Assembly (NCBI RefSeq): GCF_024700885.2
Contig: NZ_CP117016.1
DNA from: Escherichia coli
GTDB taxonomy: Bacteria > Pseudomonadota > Gammaproteobacteria > Enterobacterales > Enterobacteriaceae
DNA length: 64,000 nt
Reading direction: 5' to 3' (one strand)
Below, piece by piece: positions 1 to 10,522 of this stretch. The notes beneath the pieces were generated by a model. That model was not told the DNA's origin. It did no database searches and saw only the letters and a list, made by a program, of their open reading frames with translations. The position numbers were made by a program, and so were the translations under genes. Each line of letters begins with the position of its first letter. The stretch's first letter is position 1.

Positions 1-1076
1 GGAATATCCCGGCTCCCCAGATCATTCTCCTGTTCGTTCGGGATGTCATCCGGGAAGCCCCGCGTCTGATACCAGCGCAGGTAGACAGCAATTTTATTAC
101 GGTAATGTTCTGCCGTTCTTTCCGGCATCACATCCAGCAGGAACATCGCATAGCTGCGCCAGGTATGATGGGCCGGTTTTGATATACGTTTACGCAGGGC
201 AAAATAGGCACCGCTTTCATTGGCATAAAGCGCCCCGCTGGCAGCGCCTGACACCCGCTCACACATCCTGGCCCAGGTTTCCGGCTCCAGAACATGGTAA
301 AGCCACAGTCCCTTACGTTGTTCAGGACCAAAAGGTTCACAGACACGCATGTTGCGTAACGGTACGCCGGCACGGTACATCAGGTCATACAGGGGATTGT
401 AGATGGCACGGGTTCTGGTGTGATATATCCAGATATCACGAGTTTTCCAGTCATACAGCGGATACATGGTGTAGTAAAACCCTTCAGGCGATGCCGTGGT
501 CCAGGGCTTATCATCGGCGTATCTCAGTTTGCGCTGGGATACCAGTCCCATGAACCGGTTAAGGGACTCATCCGCACGGACACCGGTCAGTACTGCCACA
601 CCACATTTATTGTCTGCAAACCAGGAAGAAAATGCCGGAACAAATTCTTCAAACGTCATGGCATACCGGTAAAAGGGAAAATACGCCATATCTGTAATGG
701 CCCCCTCCGGTGGCTGGCGAACCCACTTCACACCAGACTCCCAGCATATCCACTCCGGCTGAAACTGAGAAACACCGTTTACCGTGGTCAGGGGAAGTGC
801 CACCCAGTAAAAGGTTTCCGTCACATCATGGTACATTTCCCGCATCTTCTGAATATGTTCAATGGTGCACTGGTACTGAGCCTCCCAGTCAATGAACAGT
901 ACAGAGAAACGACGTTTTTTCCTGCGGGCCACATCAGCCAAAAGATGGAAAAGCACGGTGGAATCTTTACCACCGGAAAAAGAGAGACAAACTGATGGAA
1001 ATGTTTCAAAAATCCACTCAATACGAGCAATTGCTGCACGCAGAACATTAGTACAAAGCCAAATTTTGTCTGTCAT
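1..1076 (-). CDS. PAPS-reductase-family PP-loop protein with DUF3440-like C-terminal region (IbrA/YbdN-like); C-terminus runs past window start
   Basis: Minus-strand frame open from ATG (complement of 1074-1076) to position 1; translation MTDKIWLCTNVLRAAIARIEWIFETFPSVCLSFSGGKDSTVLFHLLADVARRKKRRFSVLFIDWEAQ... contains the SGGKDS PP-loop. Absent from ORF track because no stop lies inside the window. Confidence 0.6.
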   Translation of the reverse strand, partial: MTDKIWLCTNVLRAAIARIEWIFETFPSVCLSFSGGKDSTVLFHLLADVARRKKRRFSVLFIDWEAQYQCTIEHIQKMREMYHDVTETFYWVALPLTTVNGVSQFQPEWICWESGVKWVRQPPEGAITDMAYFPFYRYAMTFEEFVPAFSSWFADNKCGVAVLTGVRADESLNRFMGLVSQRKLRYADDKPWTTASPEGFYYTMYPLYDWKTRDIWIYHTRTRAIYNPLYDLMYRAGVPLRNMRVCEPFGPEQRKGLWLYHVLEPETWARMCERVSGAASGALYANESGAYFALRKRISKPAHHTWRSYAMFLLDVMPERTAEHYRNKIAVYLRWYQTRGFPDDIPNEQENDLGSRDI

Positions 1077-1131
1077 TAAATGATCACGCATTACTGAACA
1101 ATATTATCTGCATCCCTTGATATAAAACAAT

Positions 1132-1962
1132 TCATAATTTTTGTATCGAGTTGGCCAACCTTTTTTCATTACCAAATCGAGTTGTGTAATATCTCTCTTC
1201 GATACCATACAGCAAAAGTTTAAGCTCTTCGTCACAAGAAATTTCGAAACAGCCAGTGCCATCATCAAACTTTAATTTTTCAGAGCAATAATCATTTATA
1301 TAAGTTAGCATATTCCCCCTGTCACTTACATCCATTTGGTTTAACGTATCCATCGCTAACGCTATTCTTTTTCTGTTTGGTTTTGAAACATTACATGCTT
1401 TATATTCACCAGAGAGAGCAATAAACGACTCCCCCAGAAACTGTTCAACATCCTGTTCTGTTGCCTCTTTATAAAGAGTATCGATACCATTAAACATGGA
1501 AGAAATGGCTGACAAGGATTTAAATATAAGCGTGTCCTTTGCAGCAAGATATACTGCATCCGGGGTCTGGTTAACAACCAGACGATTCTTCCCGCTCTCT
1601 ATCTTTGCTCTATCACCAAGTTCGATCATTTTTTTCTTGAGATATAATGATGGTGTTACCTTCTGAAAATAAAAGTCACCACTTTGAAATGAAAAAATAA
1701 ATGCTATCTTTGAAAAATATTTTTTAGGCAATTCATCATAATTTTTTGAATCAAACTCATCTTTCAAAAAGGATGGGCAGTATTCCCGTTTACTAAATTC
1801 ACTGAGACTAAACCAGGAATCTTCATCAAGATTATGATCCGGTGCATACGGAACCAATGAACACACTGACAGATCAACCCTTTCAAAAAGGGTATGATCT
1901 GAGACAATCTTAAAATATGGTTTTTTCCTGAGACCTTTTGCTTTAACAAATACATTATCCAT
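1132..1962 (-). CDS. hypothetical cytoplasmic protein, 276 aa, AT-rich gene
   Basis: ORF track 1132..1962; no TM segments; begins 3 bp after the upstream membrane-protein gene; codon usage and AT-richness differ from flanking genes. Confidence 0.5.
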   Translation of the reverse strand: MDNVFVKAKGLRKKPYFKIVSDHTLFERVDLSVCSLVPYAPDHNLDEDSWFSLSEFSKREYCPSFLKDEFDSKNYDELPKKYFSKIAFIFSFQSGDFYFQKVTPSLYLKKKMIELGDRAKIESGKNRLVVNQTPDAVYLAAKDTLIFKSLSAISSMFNGIDTLYKEATEQDVEQFLGESFIALSGEYKACNVSKPNRKRIALAMDTLNQMDVSDRGNMLTYINDYCSEKLKFDDGTGCFEISCDEELKLLLYGIEERYYTTRFGNEKRLANSIQKL

Positions 1963-1964
1963 TC

Positions 1965-2525
1965 TTATTTCCTTTCGATAAAGGTATAGTTATTAATCCT
2001 GAAAGCCATGGGCACTACAATATCTTGCGGTACTTTATACCTATAAGGACTGATAAGAAAAATCGACGCTCCTGTTTTTGTCTTAATATTATAAAACTCA
2101 TACCTGAAAACAAGAAACAAAGGATTGAAATATAAGGCCTGAGATAAAAATGTAAAAATAAACAGCACTCCATAAACAAAGAACAACGCCCCCCAGTTAT
2201 TTATACTCAGGGCAACAAAAAAGTACCCCAGATAACTCGGTAAAAAAGAGTTATTCGCATGCTCAACTGAAATCACCTCACCTTTTTTAAACTCATCTTT
2301 TCCCAGCGCAGCACTAAGCACAAGACTGACTTTAGTCAAAACAACAGGTATTAAAAAATAAAAAAGATACGACCCTACCTGAGGAATACCACTTAACCAC
2401 TGTAAACTCTGTTCATGCTGAAAAAAGTAAAACAACGTATATTTCCTTTGCACCAAAAATATAATTATCAACAAAGAAGTGGCATTGAATGTAAGCAGCA
2501 ATCTAAAAAGGATGTTAATTATCAT
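1965..2525 (-). CDS. hypothetical multi-pass membrane protein, 186 aa
   Basis: ORF track 1965..2525; several hydrophobic stretches (LLIIIFLV, LFYFLIPVVL, FFVALSINNWGALFFVYGVLFIF); AT-rich; tightly coupled to the downstream 276-aa gene. Confidence 0.5.
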   Translation of the reverse strand: MIINILFRLLLTFNATSLLIIIFLVQRKYTLFYFFQHEQSLQWLSGIPQVGSYLFYFLIPVVLTKVSLVLSAALGKDEFKKGEVISVEHANNSFLPSYLGYFFVALSINNWGALFFVYGVLFIFTFLSQALYFNPLFLVFRYEFYNIKTKTGASIFLISPYRYKVPQDIVVPMAFRINNYTFIERK

Positions 2526-2739
2526 GATATCTGGTTCCTGGACATCTAAAAATCATGCGTCATATCACACAATTTGCATTATGAATAACCATAACAATAT
2601 AACTCAGTTATTGCTACCCAAGCCCAGTATTTAAATAACTATACTATCAATGCGTAAGACCACATTAATGCTCCGCTGAAGAAGAGAAGCACTATACTCT
2701 GCAGTGCCTTTAGAAAATTATTCTCCAAAAGATGGAATA

Positions 2740-4107
2740 TCACTTCATGTCCCCTTGCGTCAAAACCCAGTAACGACTCACCAGCTCGACAAGACCATTT
2801 TCCACCTTTTTTTGCTGCTGTTCACTGCTATTCTGGTTACGAACTTCATCATAGCGACGTAACTGCTCTTCTGCCGGGATATGCCGGTTAAAAGCCTGCA
2901 TGATGCCAAACACCTCCGTTTTCAGTTCACTGACCGTCATGTATTTTCCCCGCTGCTCATCCAGACGGTTCAGGCGCTCAGCCAGCTGCTGTAAGCGGGT
3001 CATGCCTTCGTTCCAGCCCGCCATCGCCTCTTCCGGGAGCGCACGACTCCTTACACTCTTCTGCCAGTTATCCACCATTTCCTGAACACGGGGATTGTCG
3101 GGAAAAAGTACCCTCAGTTGCTGCAGCAGCTGCGCACTGCGTTGCAGGTTGTATGCCGGGGGTAGTTCTGCCAGTCGTGTTATCTGCTGACCGGAAAGGG
3201 TTATCCACTCTGACGCATGATTTAGCAGTGAAGGTGTTCTGCTGAGCTGTGTCATCTGGCCTGCTGAAAGCACATCCGGTGGTGGTGTCAGCAACGCCCT
3301 GAGTTGCTGCTCCGCCGGTGATGGCTGTGTCAGAAACTGCCATCCCGGAATGGCCACGCTGACCGCCAGCAATGCCGCACAGACACCAGTTACAAACGGT
3401 TTCAGAAACGTGGGCGGGGATTTCTGAAGGGAATGTGTGTTTTCTTTTCCGCTCTCTGCTTTTGTTTCAGAAACAACATACACCAGACGGGAGTGCGGCA
3501 GGGTCTGATGTTCCTGTACGTCCGGAGCATCAGACCGGAGTGCCTGCGCCGGAAGGGTTACCGGAGACGATACTTCACCCTGCACAGGCTGGTTCTCCAG
3601 GCGGGTGATATATCCCTTCACCATGGCTTCCGGTAAAGCCACTTTACTGCTCTGTTTAAGTTCGTGCCGGGCCAGTGTGTCACTCAGTGCCTTCAGGAAT
3701 GTTTCGGTCTGATACAGCAGGGGCAGGTTGTCACGGTCGTCCGGAGGCATGGCCCGAAGCGTTTTTTGCAGATGGTTGAACAGACCGGTAATAATTTCCA
3801 GCCGGGCGTGGGTATTCAGCGGCCACATCACTGACCAGTGATGCCGGGTCAGCGCCACAATCAGAGCCAGCCCTTCATTCAGACCACTTAACCCTGTTGT
3901 ATGCATCCGGGCGATGGTGTACCAGGATGCCGTCTGTAATTCCACGCCATTGTGTTCATACAGACGCAGGCAGAGTGTTTCCACGTAACGCCAGTCCACA
4001 TCCGGGCGTGCCGGGTGAGTCAGTTTGCTGATTTCATCGCGCAGGGCAGCATAATCCGGTAATGACCGGGGGTCACCACCGGTTTTCAGTTTCACTTCAG
4101 AAGTCAT
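2740..4107 (-). CDS. vasL: T6SS-associated ImpA_N-domain protein (VasL-like)
   Basis: N-terminus MTSEVKLKTGGDPRSLPDYAALRDEISKL... matches the ImpA N-terminal domain pattern; central hydrophobic segment (VTGVCAALLAVSVAIPGW); sits at the end of the T6SS gene string. Confidence 0.6.
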   Translation of the reverse strand: MTSEVKLKTGGDPRSLPDYAALRDEISKLTHPARPDVDWRYVETLCLRLYEHNGVELQTASWYTIARMHTTGLSGLNEGLALIVALTRHHWSVMWPLNTHARLEIITGLFNHLQKTLRAMPPDDRDNLPLLYQTETFLKALSDTLARHELKQSSKVALPEAMVKGYITRLENQPVQGEVSSPVTLPAQALRSDAPDVQEHQTLPHSRLVYVVSETKAESGKENTHSLQKSPPTFLKPFVTGVCAALLAVSVAIPGWQFLTQPSPAEQQLRALLTPPPDVLSAGQMTQLSRTPSLLNHASEWITLSGQQITRLAELPPAYNLQRSAQLLQQLRVLFPDNPRVQEMVDNWQKSVRSRALPEEAMAGWNEGMTRLQQLAERLNRLDEQRGKYMTVSELKTEVFGIMQAFNRHIPAEEQLRRYDEVRNQNSSEQQQKKVENGLVELVSRYWVLTQGDMK

Positions 4108-4161
4108 CGGCAGATTCGGTGTTGCTGTATTAAATCATGATTAACAGTGACGAAAAGAACA

Positions 4162-4470
4162 TCAGTGTGATACCGGTACCCGGGAAAGGTATTCCACCGC
4201 GCGGATAATTGCCGGTGTCACATCCCACCGCCGTTTCAGAACCGGCAACAGCTCATTAAGGTTTCTGATATAACGCTCAGTGAACAGCCGTTGTCCGTCC
4301 CTGGTTAAATGAAAACCTGACTGATTACAGGTAATGGTGATATGACAGGTATCGTTGCCAATATATACGGCTTCCTGGGGTCTGAATCTGACATTCCAGT
4401 ACCAGGAATACGGGGAATGATTAAGATGAAAAAGACGCATCTGAATGTCACTGAATAATGGATTCATCAT
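4162..4470 (-). CDS. hypothetical small protein (~102 aa)
   Basis: ORF track 4162..4572 overlaps the helicase 3' end; internal ATG pair (complement of 4465-4470, MMNPLF...) is the likely start; no clear Shine-Dalgarno. Confidence 0.3.
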   Translation of the reverse strand: MMNPLFSDIQMRLFHLNHSPYSWYWNVRFRPQEAVYIGNDTCHITITCNQSGFHLTRDGQRLFTERYIRNLNELLPVLKRRWDVTPAIIRAVEYLSRVPVSH

Positions 4471-4531
4471 AAATAAAATACACCTGATAATAAAATATAG
4501 TGGAAAACCAGAATAAAGAAATGGTCCGGTA

Positions 4532-6319
<1,788 letters not shown>

Positions 6320-6512
6320 AAACGCACCTTAATCTGTGAACAAAAAAATAATCACCACCGACATCCACGGATGTTATATCGTGGGTATCGCTTTATTCAG
6401 AAATAAAAAACAGAATCATTAACATGACCAGAATACTGTGAACCATGCTGCAGGGTATCTGCAGATATCCCTTCTGTTATATCCGGCCGGGGTAAAATCA
6501 GAACACTGACTG

Positions 6513-7757
6513 TCAGGCAGCTTCATTTTCCGCGTATTCCAGACTCTGCAGGTACTGCAGCGCCGCCGGGTCAGCCACATATTCCACCTGCCCGTGGTGA
6601 CGCTCCACTTCATTAATGATTTTCTCAAGCTTCACGCGGAAAAATTCTTTACGCAGGTTAATCCTGTTAATGCGGTATTTTTCCAGACTGTCATGAAGTG
6701 TTTTTTCCAGCGCAGGCGCATCATCACAGGAAATCATGGCGTGAACATCAAAATCAAACGGAACAGAAGCACCACTTAACTCTTTGACCCTGTCCATGGG
6801 TTCCAGCCGTCGGGTCATGCCAATTTTAAAGACATCCTCACCAAACGAACCAATATTCGAAATGATATAAACATGCCCCTGTTTCGTAAGCTGAGCCATG
6901 GATTTAGCACGTTCATACTGCGCATGCGCTTCCTGAATTTTCTGTTCCAGCTCCAGGCGTTGTTTCTCTAACTCCTCCCTGTGAGCCCCTTCTGCTGCGC
7001 GCAGCGCCTCCTCAATCAGTTTCTGCTGCTCAGCAAGACGCCGTTCTTCCTCTTCCGCTTCCCGCTGGCGCCGTTCAGGTTCATCCTGACGCTCTTTTTC
7101 TTCACGCATCTGACGCTTAAGCTCTGCCTGATATTCCTTCTCTTCCTGCGCTTTTTCCAGCAATGCCACTTTGTCCAGAAACTGTTGCCTGATACTCTCC
7201 CGGTCAGAATTATCTTCCAGGTTAAGAAAGGCTATTTTCTCACTGACAGCAGCGTAAGCCTCTCTTTCCTTACGAAGCTGGTCATATTTGCTTTGCCAGT
7301 TATTAATCGTTACACCAGCCAGCAGAGTCTTCGCCTTAAATTTCCAGGCGGAATCAACAATCCGTTGCATTGCACGGCTGGCCTTCTGTCTGGCGGTATG
7401 AAATTCCTCACGACGTCTGGCCAGTTGCTCCTTTTCCTGTCGTATTCCCCGGGCTATCGCGGCATTGACAGTTTCATTAAAACCCCGCTCTCTCTGAACC
7501 AGCTCTGAAACGGCCTGCTCAAAGGCTGCTGTTTTCTTTCTGAGTCTCCGGTAAATAAAAAAACGAAGTAAAATTGCAAATACAGTAAGCAAACCAAAAA
7601 ACAAACCAATAATACCTGCCGGATTCGATACTGCATCAATAAAGCGCTCATTAAGATTTATCAGCGCCCTGACCGCCACATAAATCCCCCAGAGAATAAC
7701 GCAAACTAAAATCAGGACAAATCCCGCTGCATTATCATCTTTTTTTCCTCCTGCCAT
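6513..7757 (-). CDS. membrane-anchored coiled-coil protein with C-terminal T5orf172/GIY-YIG-like domain (DUF4041-like architecture), 414 aa
   Basis: N-terminal TM helices (FVLILVCVILWGIYV, IIGLFFGLLTVFAILL), long Glu/Arg/Lys-rich coiled-coil region, C-terminal GHVYIISNIGSFGEDVFKIGMTRRLEPMDRVKEL module. Confidence 0.6.
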   Translation of the reverse strand: MAGGKKDDNAAGFVLILVCVILWGIYVAVRALINLNERFIDAVSNPAGIIGLFFGLLTVFAILLRFFIYRRLRKKTAAFEQAVSELVQRERGFNETVNAAIARGIRQEKEQLARRREEFHTARQKASRAMQRIVDSAWKFKAKTLLAGVTINNWQSKYDQLRKEREAYAAVSEKIAFLNLEDNSDRESIRQQFLDKVALLEKAQEEKEYQAELKRQMREEKERQDEPERRQREAEEEERRLAEQQKLIEEALRAAEGAHREELEKQRLELEQKIQEAHAQYERAKSMAQLTKQGHVYIISNIGSFGEDVFKIGMTRRLEPMDRVKELSGASVPFDFDVHAMISCDDAPALEKTLHDSLEKYRINRINLRKEFFRVKLEKIINEVERHHGQVEYVADPAALQYLQSLEYAENEAA

Positions 7758-7912
7758 GACTTTCCTTTATTTTCCTTCTCAGTAACTGAATATCTTTGAT
7801 TAACGCCCTCCGGAAATATTTATACCCGGAAGGTTGTCCGGCTTTATGATGCCAGCCACTACAGGATTAACTGCAGGCTGAGCACAGATTCCTCTGCTAT
7901 TTCAGTGTCAGA

Positions 7913-8326
7913 TTAATACTGATTACCGGAACAAATGGGCAGATGCGTAAATCCGGGTTTGCTGGCCATATAAAGCGGCGCACAGGTAGGGTTGCGGGGT
8001 TCAGTGACCGGCACAGCCTCATTTTTCTCAGCCACCGACGGTTGTGACACCTTCCGGACAGCCGCTGATTTTTCCTTCTGAACCGGCTTCGTGGTGACCG
8101 GTGATTTCACCTGACGTTTGCCGGGTGCCACGCCATAACCAGAACAAAGGCGCTTCGACTGACTCAGACTTCCGTCATTGCAGACAAAACGTCCGTCTGA
8201 CGTACAGTGTGAAATACCACCTTTAGCACCCGAGCAGGGTTTTCTTCCCCGCGCAGCATCTGCCTGAACCGAAAATAAAAGCCCCACGAACAGAAAAAAG
8301 ATAATTTTCTTCATTTTAAAACTCAT
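7913..8326 (-). CDS. hypothetical secreted Cys-containing protein with signal peptide
   Basis: MKKIIFFLFVGLLFSVQADA signal-peptide-like N-terminus (from second Met); several Cys residues; AT-rich start. Confidence 0.45.
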   Translation of the reverse strand: MSFKMKKIIFFLFVGLLFSVQADAARGRKPCSGAKGGISHCTSDGRFVCNDGSLSQSKRLCSGYGVAPGKRQVKSPVTTKPVQKEKSAAVRKVSQPSVAEKNEAVPVTEPRNPTCAPLYMASKPGFTHLPICSGNQY

Positions 8327-8470
8327 ACATTGTTATTGCTGATATGCCCGAGTTATCAGGATGATGAAACATTCAGCCAGCGTTGTCATAAGCCAGAATA
8401 ATGTCACATTCACACCTGACATATATCCATCGCTGTTTATTTATTTCTGTTCTGCCCTCCCTGCTCCGGC

Positions 8471-8905
8471 TCACGTCTGCACGTAGCGCTGCTGTTTCAG
8501 ATGGCGCAACAACACCCTGCCCTCCGGTATAAATGTTGTTCCGTAACGAACCAGCCCGGCATCTTTAAGTTCTGCATCAATGACATAATGCAACTCACCA
8601 GGCTGAGTCTGTTCCTGCATCGTCACGTCGACGCGCTTAATACGTGGCTCATACTTCAGCAGAACGTCTGAAAGCACGCGCATCAGTTGATGCGCCGTCC
8701 CCGGCATTCCCTGCAGAATGGTTGTTATATCCGGCAGACCATAATCCGGAAGATGCTTAAGGCTTCCGGCACGGGTATTCAGAATACGCTGCATGTTATC
8801 GAGCACCGAAAGAATAACCTGCTCTTCCTCACCGACCTGGTTTAACTCCAGCCCGCCAGTGAAATTGCCATAGAGAATTTCATAAAGGGAAGGACGCGGC
8901 ATCAC
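8471..8905 (-). CDS. tssE: T6SS baseplate subunit TssE (gp25-like)
   Basis: 144-aa protein MMPRPSLYEILYGNFTGG... with GPW/gp25-like pattern; abuts tssJ. Confidence 0.8.
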   Translation of the reverse strand: MMPRPSLYEILYGNFTGGLELNQVGEEEQVILSVLDNMQRILNTRAGSLKHLPDYGLPDITTILQGMPGTAHQLMRVLSDVLLKYEPRIKRVDVTMQEQTQPGELHYVIDAELKDAGLVRYGTTFIPEGRVLLRHLKQQRYVQT

Positions 8906-9441
8906 TATTTATCCTTCACCGGTAACAGGGTCAGGGTGTTACCGGATACTTCAATAAGACGGGGCGTGTCCGGCTCAAGCTCATCCCGGCCCAGCACCAC
9001 CCGCCAGGTATTTTTCTTCTGGTCAGGCTCCAGAAACATTGCTGCCACACCGGTAAATTTCGCCGCATCATCCAGAGGCATATCCACGGCTACTGAACCA
9101 CCTGGCTGCAGCCATACATCTTTCTGTGCAATGATATCGCCTGCCAGAATTTCATTGTCCCCTGTAAAAAGCGCCTGATAATCCGCACTGTCAAAACTCC
9201 GGTTGTCTTTAAGCTGATAAATCCGCACCACAACCGACAGGGGAATACCGGCAGCACTGGTGTTAATGGCCTCCCTGGCACGAATATCCAGGTGAAGTGT
9301 TTTTATCTGTCGGTAAAACAGGGATTTCGTGGCAGATACCGTACCGTCTGCCACTCTTTGCGTCAGACCGCATCCTGATAACGACAGGGAAAACAACGCA
9401 ATAATCAGACCGTAACCAGCCTTACCAGCGATAATCGCCAT
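8905..9441 (-). CDS. tssJ: T6SS outer-membrane lipoprotein TssJ
   Basis: Lipobox LSLSGCG after signal peptide; 178 aa; position between tssG and tssE. Confidence 0.8.
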   Translation of the reverse strand: MAIIAGKAGYGLIIALFSLSLSGCGLTQRVADGTVSATKSLFYRQIKTLHLDIRAREAINTSAAGIPLSVVVRIYQLKDNRSFDSADYQALFTGDNEILAGDIIAQKDVWLQPGGSVAVDMPLDDAAKFTGVAAMFLEPDQKKNTWRVVLGRDELEPDTPRLIEVSGNTLTLLPVKDK

Positions 9442-10522
9442 TTTCCTGAGTCTCCTTACGTTGATAATGTTCCTGAACCCGCTGATAACGCCCCAGACTG
9501 ATGGTCATGACGCGTGCCGCTGAAGTCGCTATCTTTGCCTGTGTTCTCATTACTGCCGTGCGCCCCAGTTGCGGACTACCGGCTGCCGGTCGGCAACTGA
9601 GCCGGGCATCCGGTAACAGTGAACGCTCAACACAAAGTTGCAGACGTACATCCAGACGGCTTCCCAGATAAACATGCAACAACGCCAACAAATCAGAATA
9701 CAGATGCCCGCCTGGTAACCAGCCCTGTACCTCGCTGCCCGTCTGTGTTGAAAGCTGTAATAACACCTGTCCGTTCACATCCGTGGCATGATCGCCCATC
9801 ACCGGGCGACTCTTCAGACTGACCGGTTGATGAACACGCATGGTCAGCGGTGTTTTCAGCGGGATCCGTCGTCGGTCATGATGCCAGACACGGGCCTGTG
9901 TTCCGGGAGCCAGCAGCGTTACCAGTGATGTCAGCCCTTCAGCTGTTCTTCCGGGTAACAACATCAGGGGCAATAACGCCAGAAAACGCGATACCGGCGT
10001 GGCAATATTCTGTGCACATCCGGGGATCCCCAGTCTGGCCAGACCGAGCAGATACTGGGATGTTTTATCCTGTCCTCCCGCCTCAAAGGTGGCCGGGTAC
10101 GAATATTTACGCCAGATACGGTAATACTGGGTGATCAGACGATGACTGAATATATCGAGAAAATCCGCTGCGGCCTCATGGCCTTCCCGCTGCTGTGCAA
10201 TATCACTGATATAGTGTGCCGGCAACGGAGACGTGACCCCGTAAAGTCCCATAAACGTCACATGTACAATGGGTGGCAGATGGGATTCTTCAGGAATTAC
10301 AGCGTCTTTTATTTCACTCGCAGGAAACCCCATTCCCGGGTATGGACAAAAGCGAACCGCTTCCTGACGGGCCTGCCAGCCACTGCCAATGGGAGGCTGG
10401 TCTGGCTGGCTTTGTTCCAGCAACTGACAGAAGCGGTAAAAATTAATATACGGAAGCTGTTTCCGGTAACGGGTAATTAACCGGGCAGGCGCGGATTGTG
10501 ATTTTCTTTCCACCGGATGCAT
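9422..10522 (-). CDS. tssG: T6SS baseplate subunit TssG
   Basis: 366-aa ORF overlapping tssF stop; typical TssG size and position directly after tssF. Confidence 0.75.
   Translation of the reverse strand: MHPVERKSQSAPARLITRYRKQLPYINFYRFCQLLEQSQPDQPPIGSGWQARQEAVRFCPYPGMGFPASEIKDAVIPEESHLPPIVHVTFMGLYGVTSPLPAHYISDIAQQREGHEAAADFLDIFSHRLITQYYRIWRKYSYPATFEAGGQDKTSQYLLGLARLGIPGCAQNIATPVSRFLALLPLMLLPGRTAEGLTSLVTLLAPGTQARVWHHDRRRIPLKTPLTMRVHQPVSLKSRPVMGDHATDVNGQVLLQLSTQTGSEVQGWLPGGHLYSDLLALLHVYLGSRLDVRLQLCVERSLLPDARLSCRPAAGSPQLGRTAVMRTQAKIATSAARVMTISLGRYQRVQEHYQRKETQENGDYRW

Noticed and set aside
179-995. Plus-strand ORFs 179..553, 420..995, 710..895
   Set aside because: All lie inside the continuous minus-strand PAPS-reductase-like gene with a clear PP-loop; plus-strand translations show no motifs.
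6981-7508. 175-aa plus-strand low-complexity ORF
   Set aside because: Antisense to the coiled-coil region of the T5orf172 protein; Leu/Phe-rich translation typical of reverse-strand reading of Glu/Lys-rich coding DNA.
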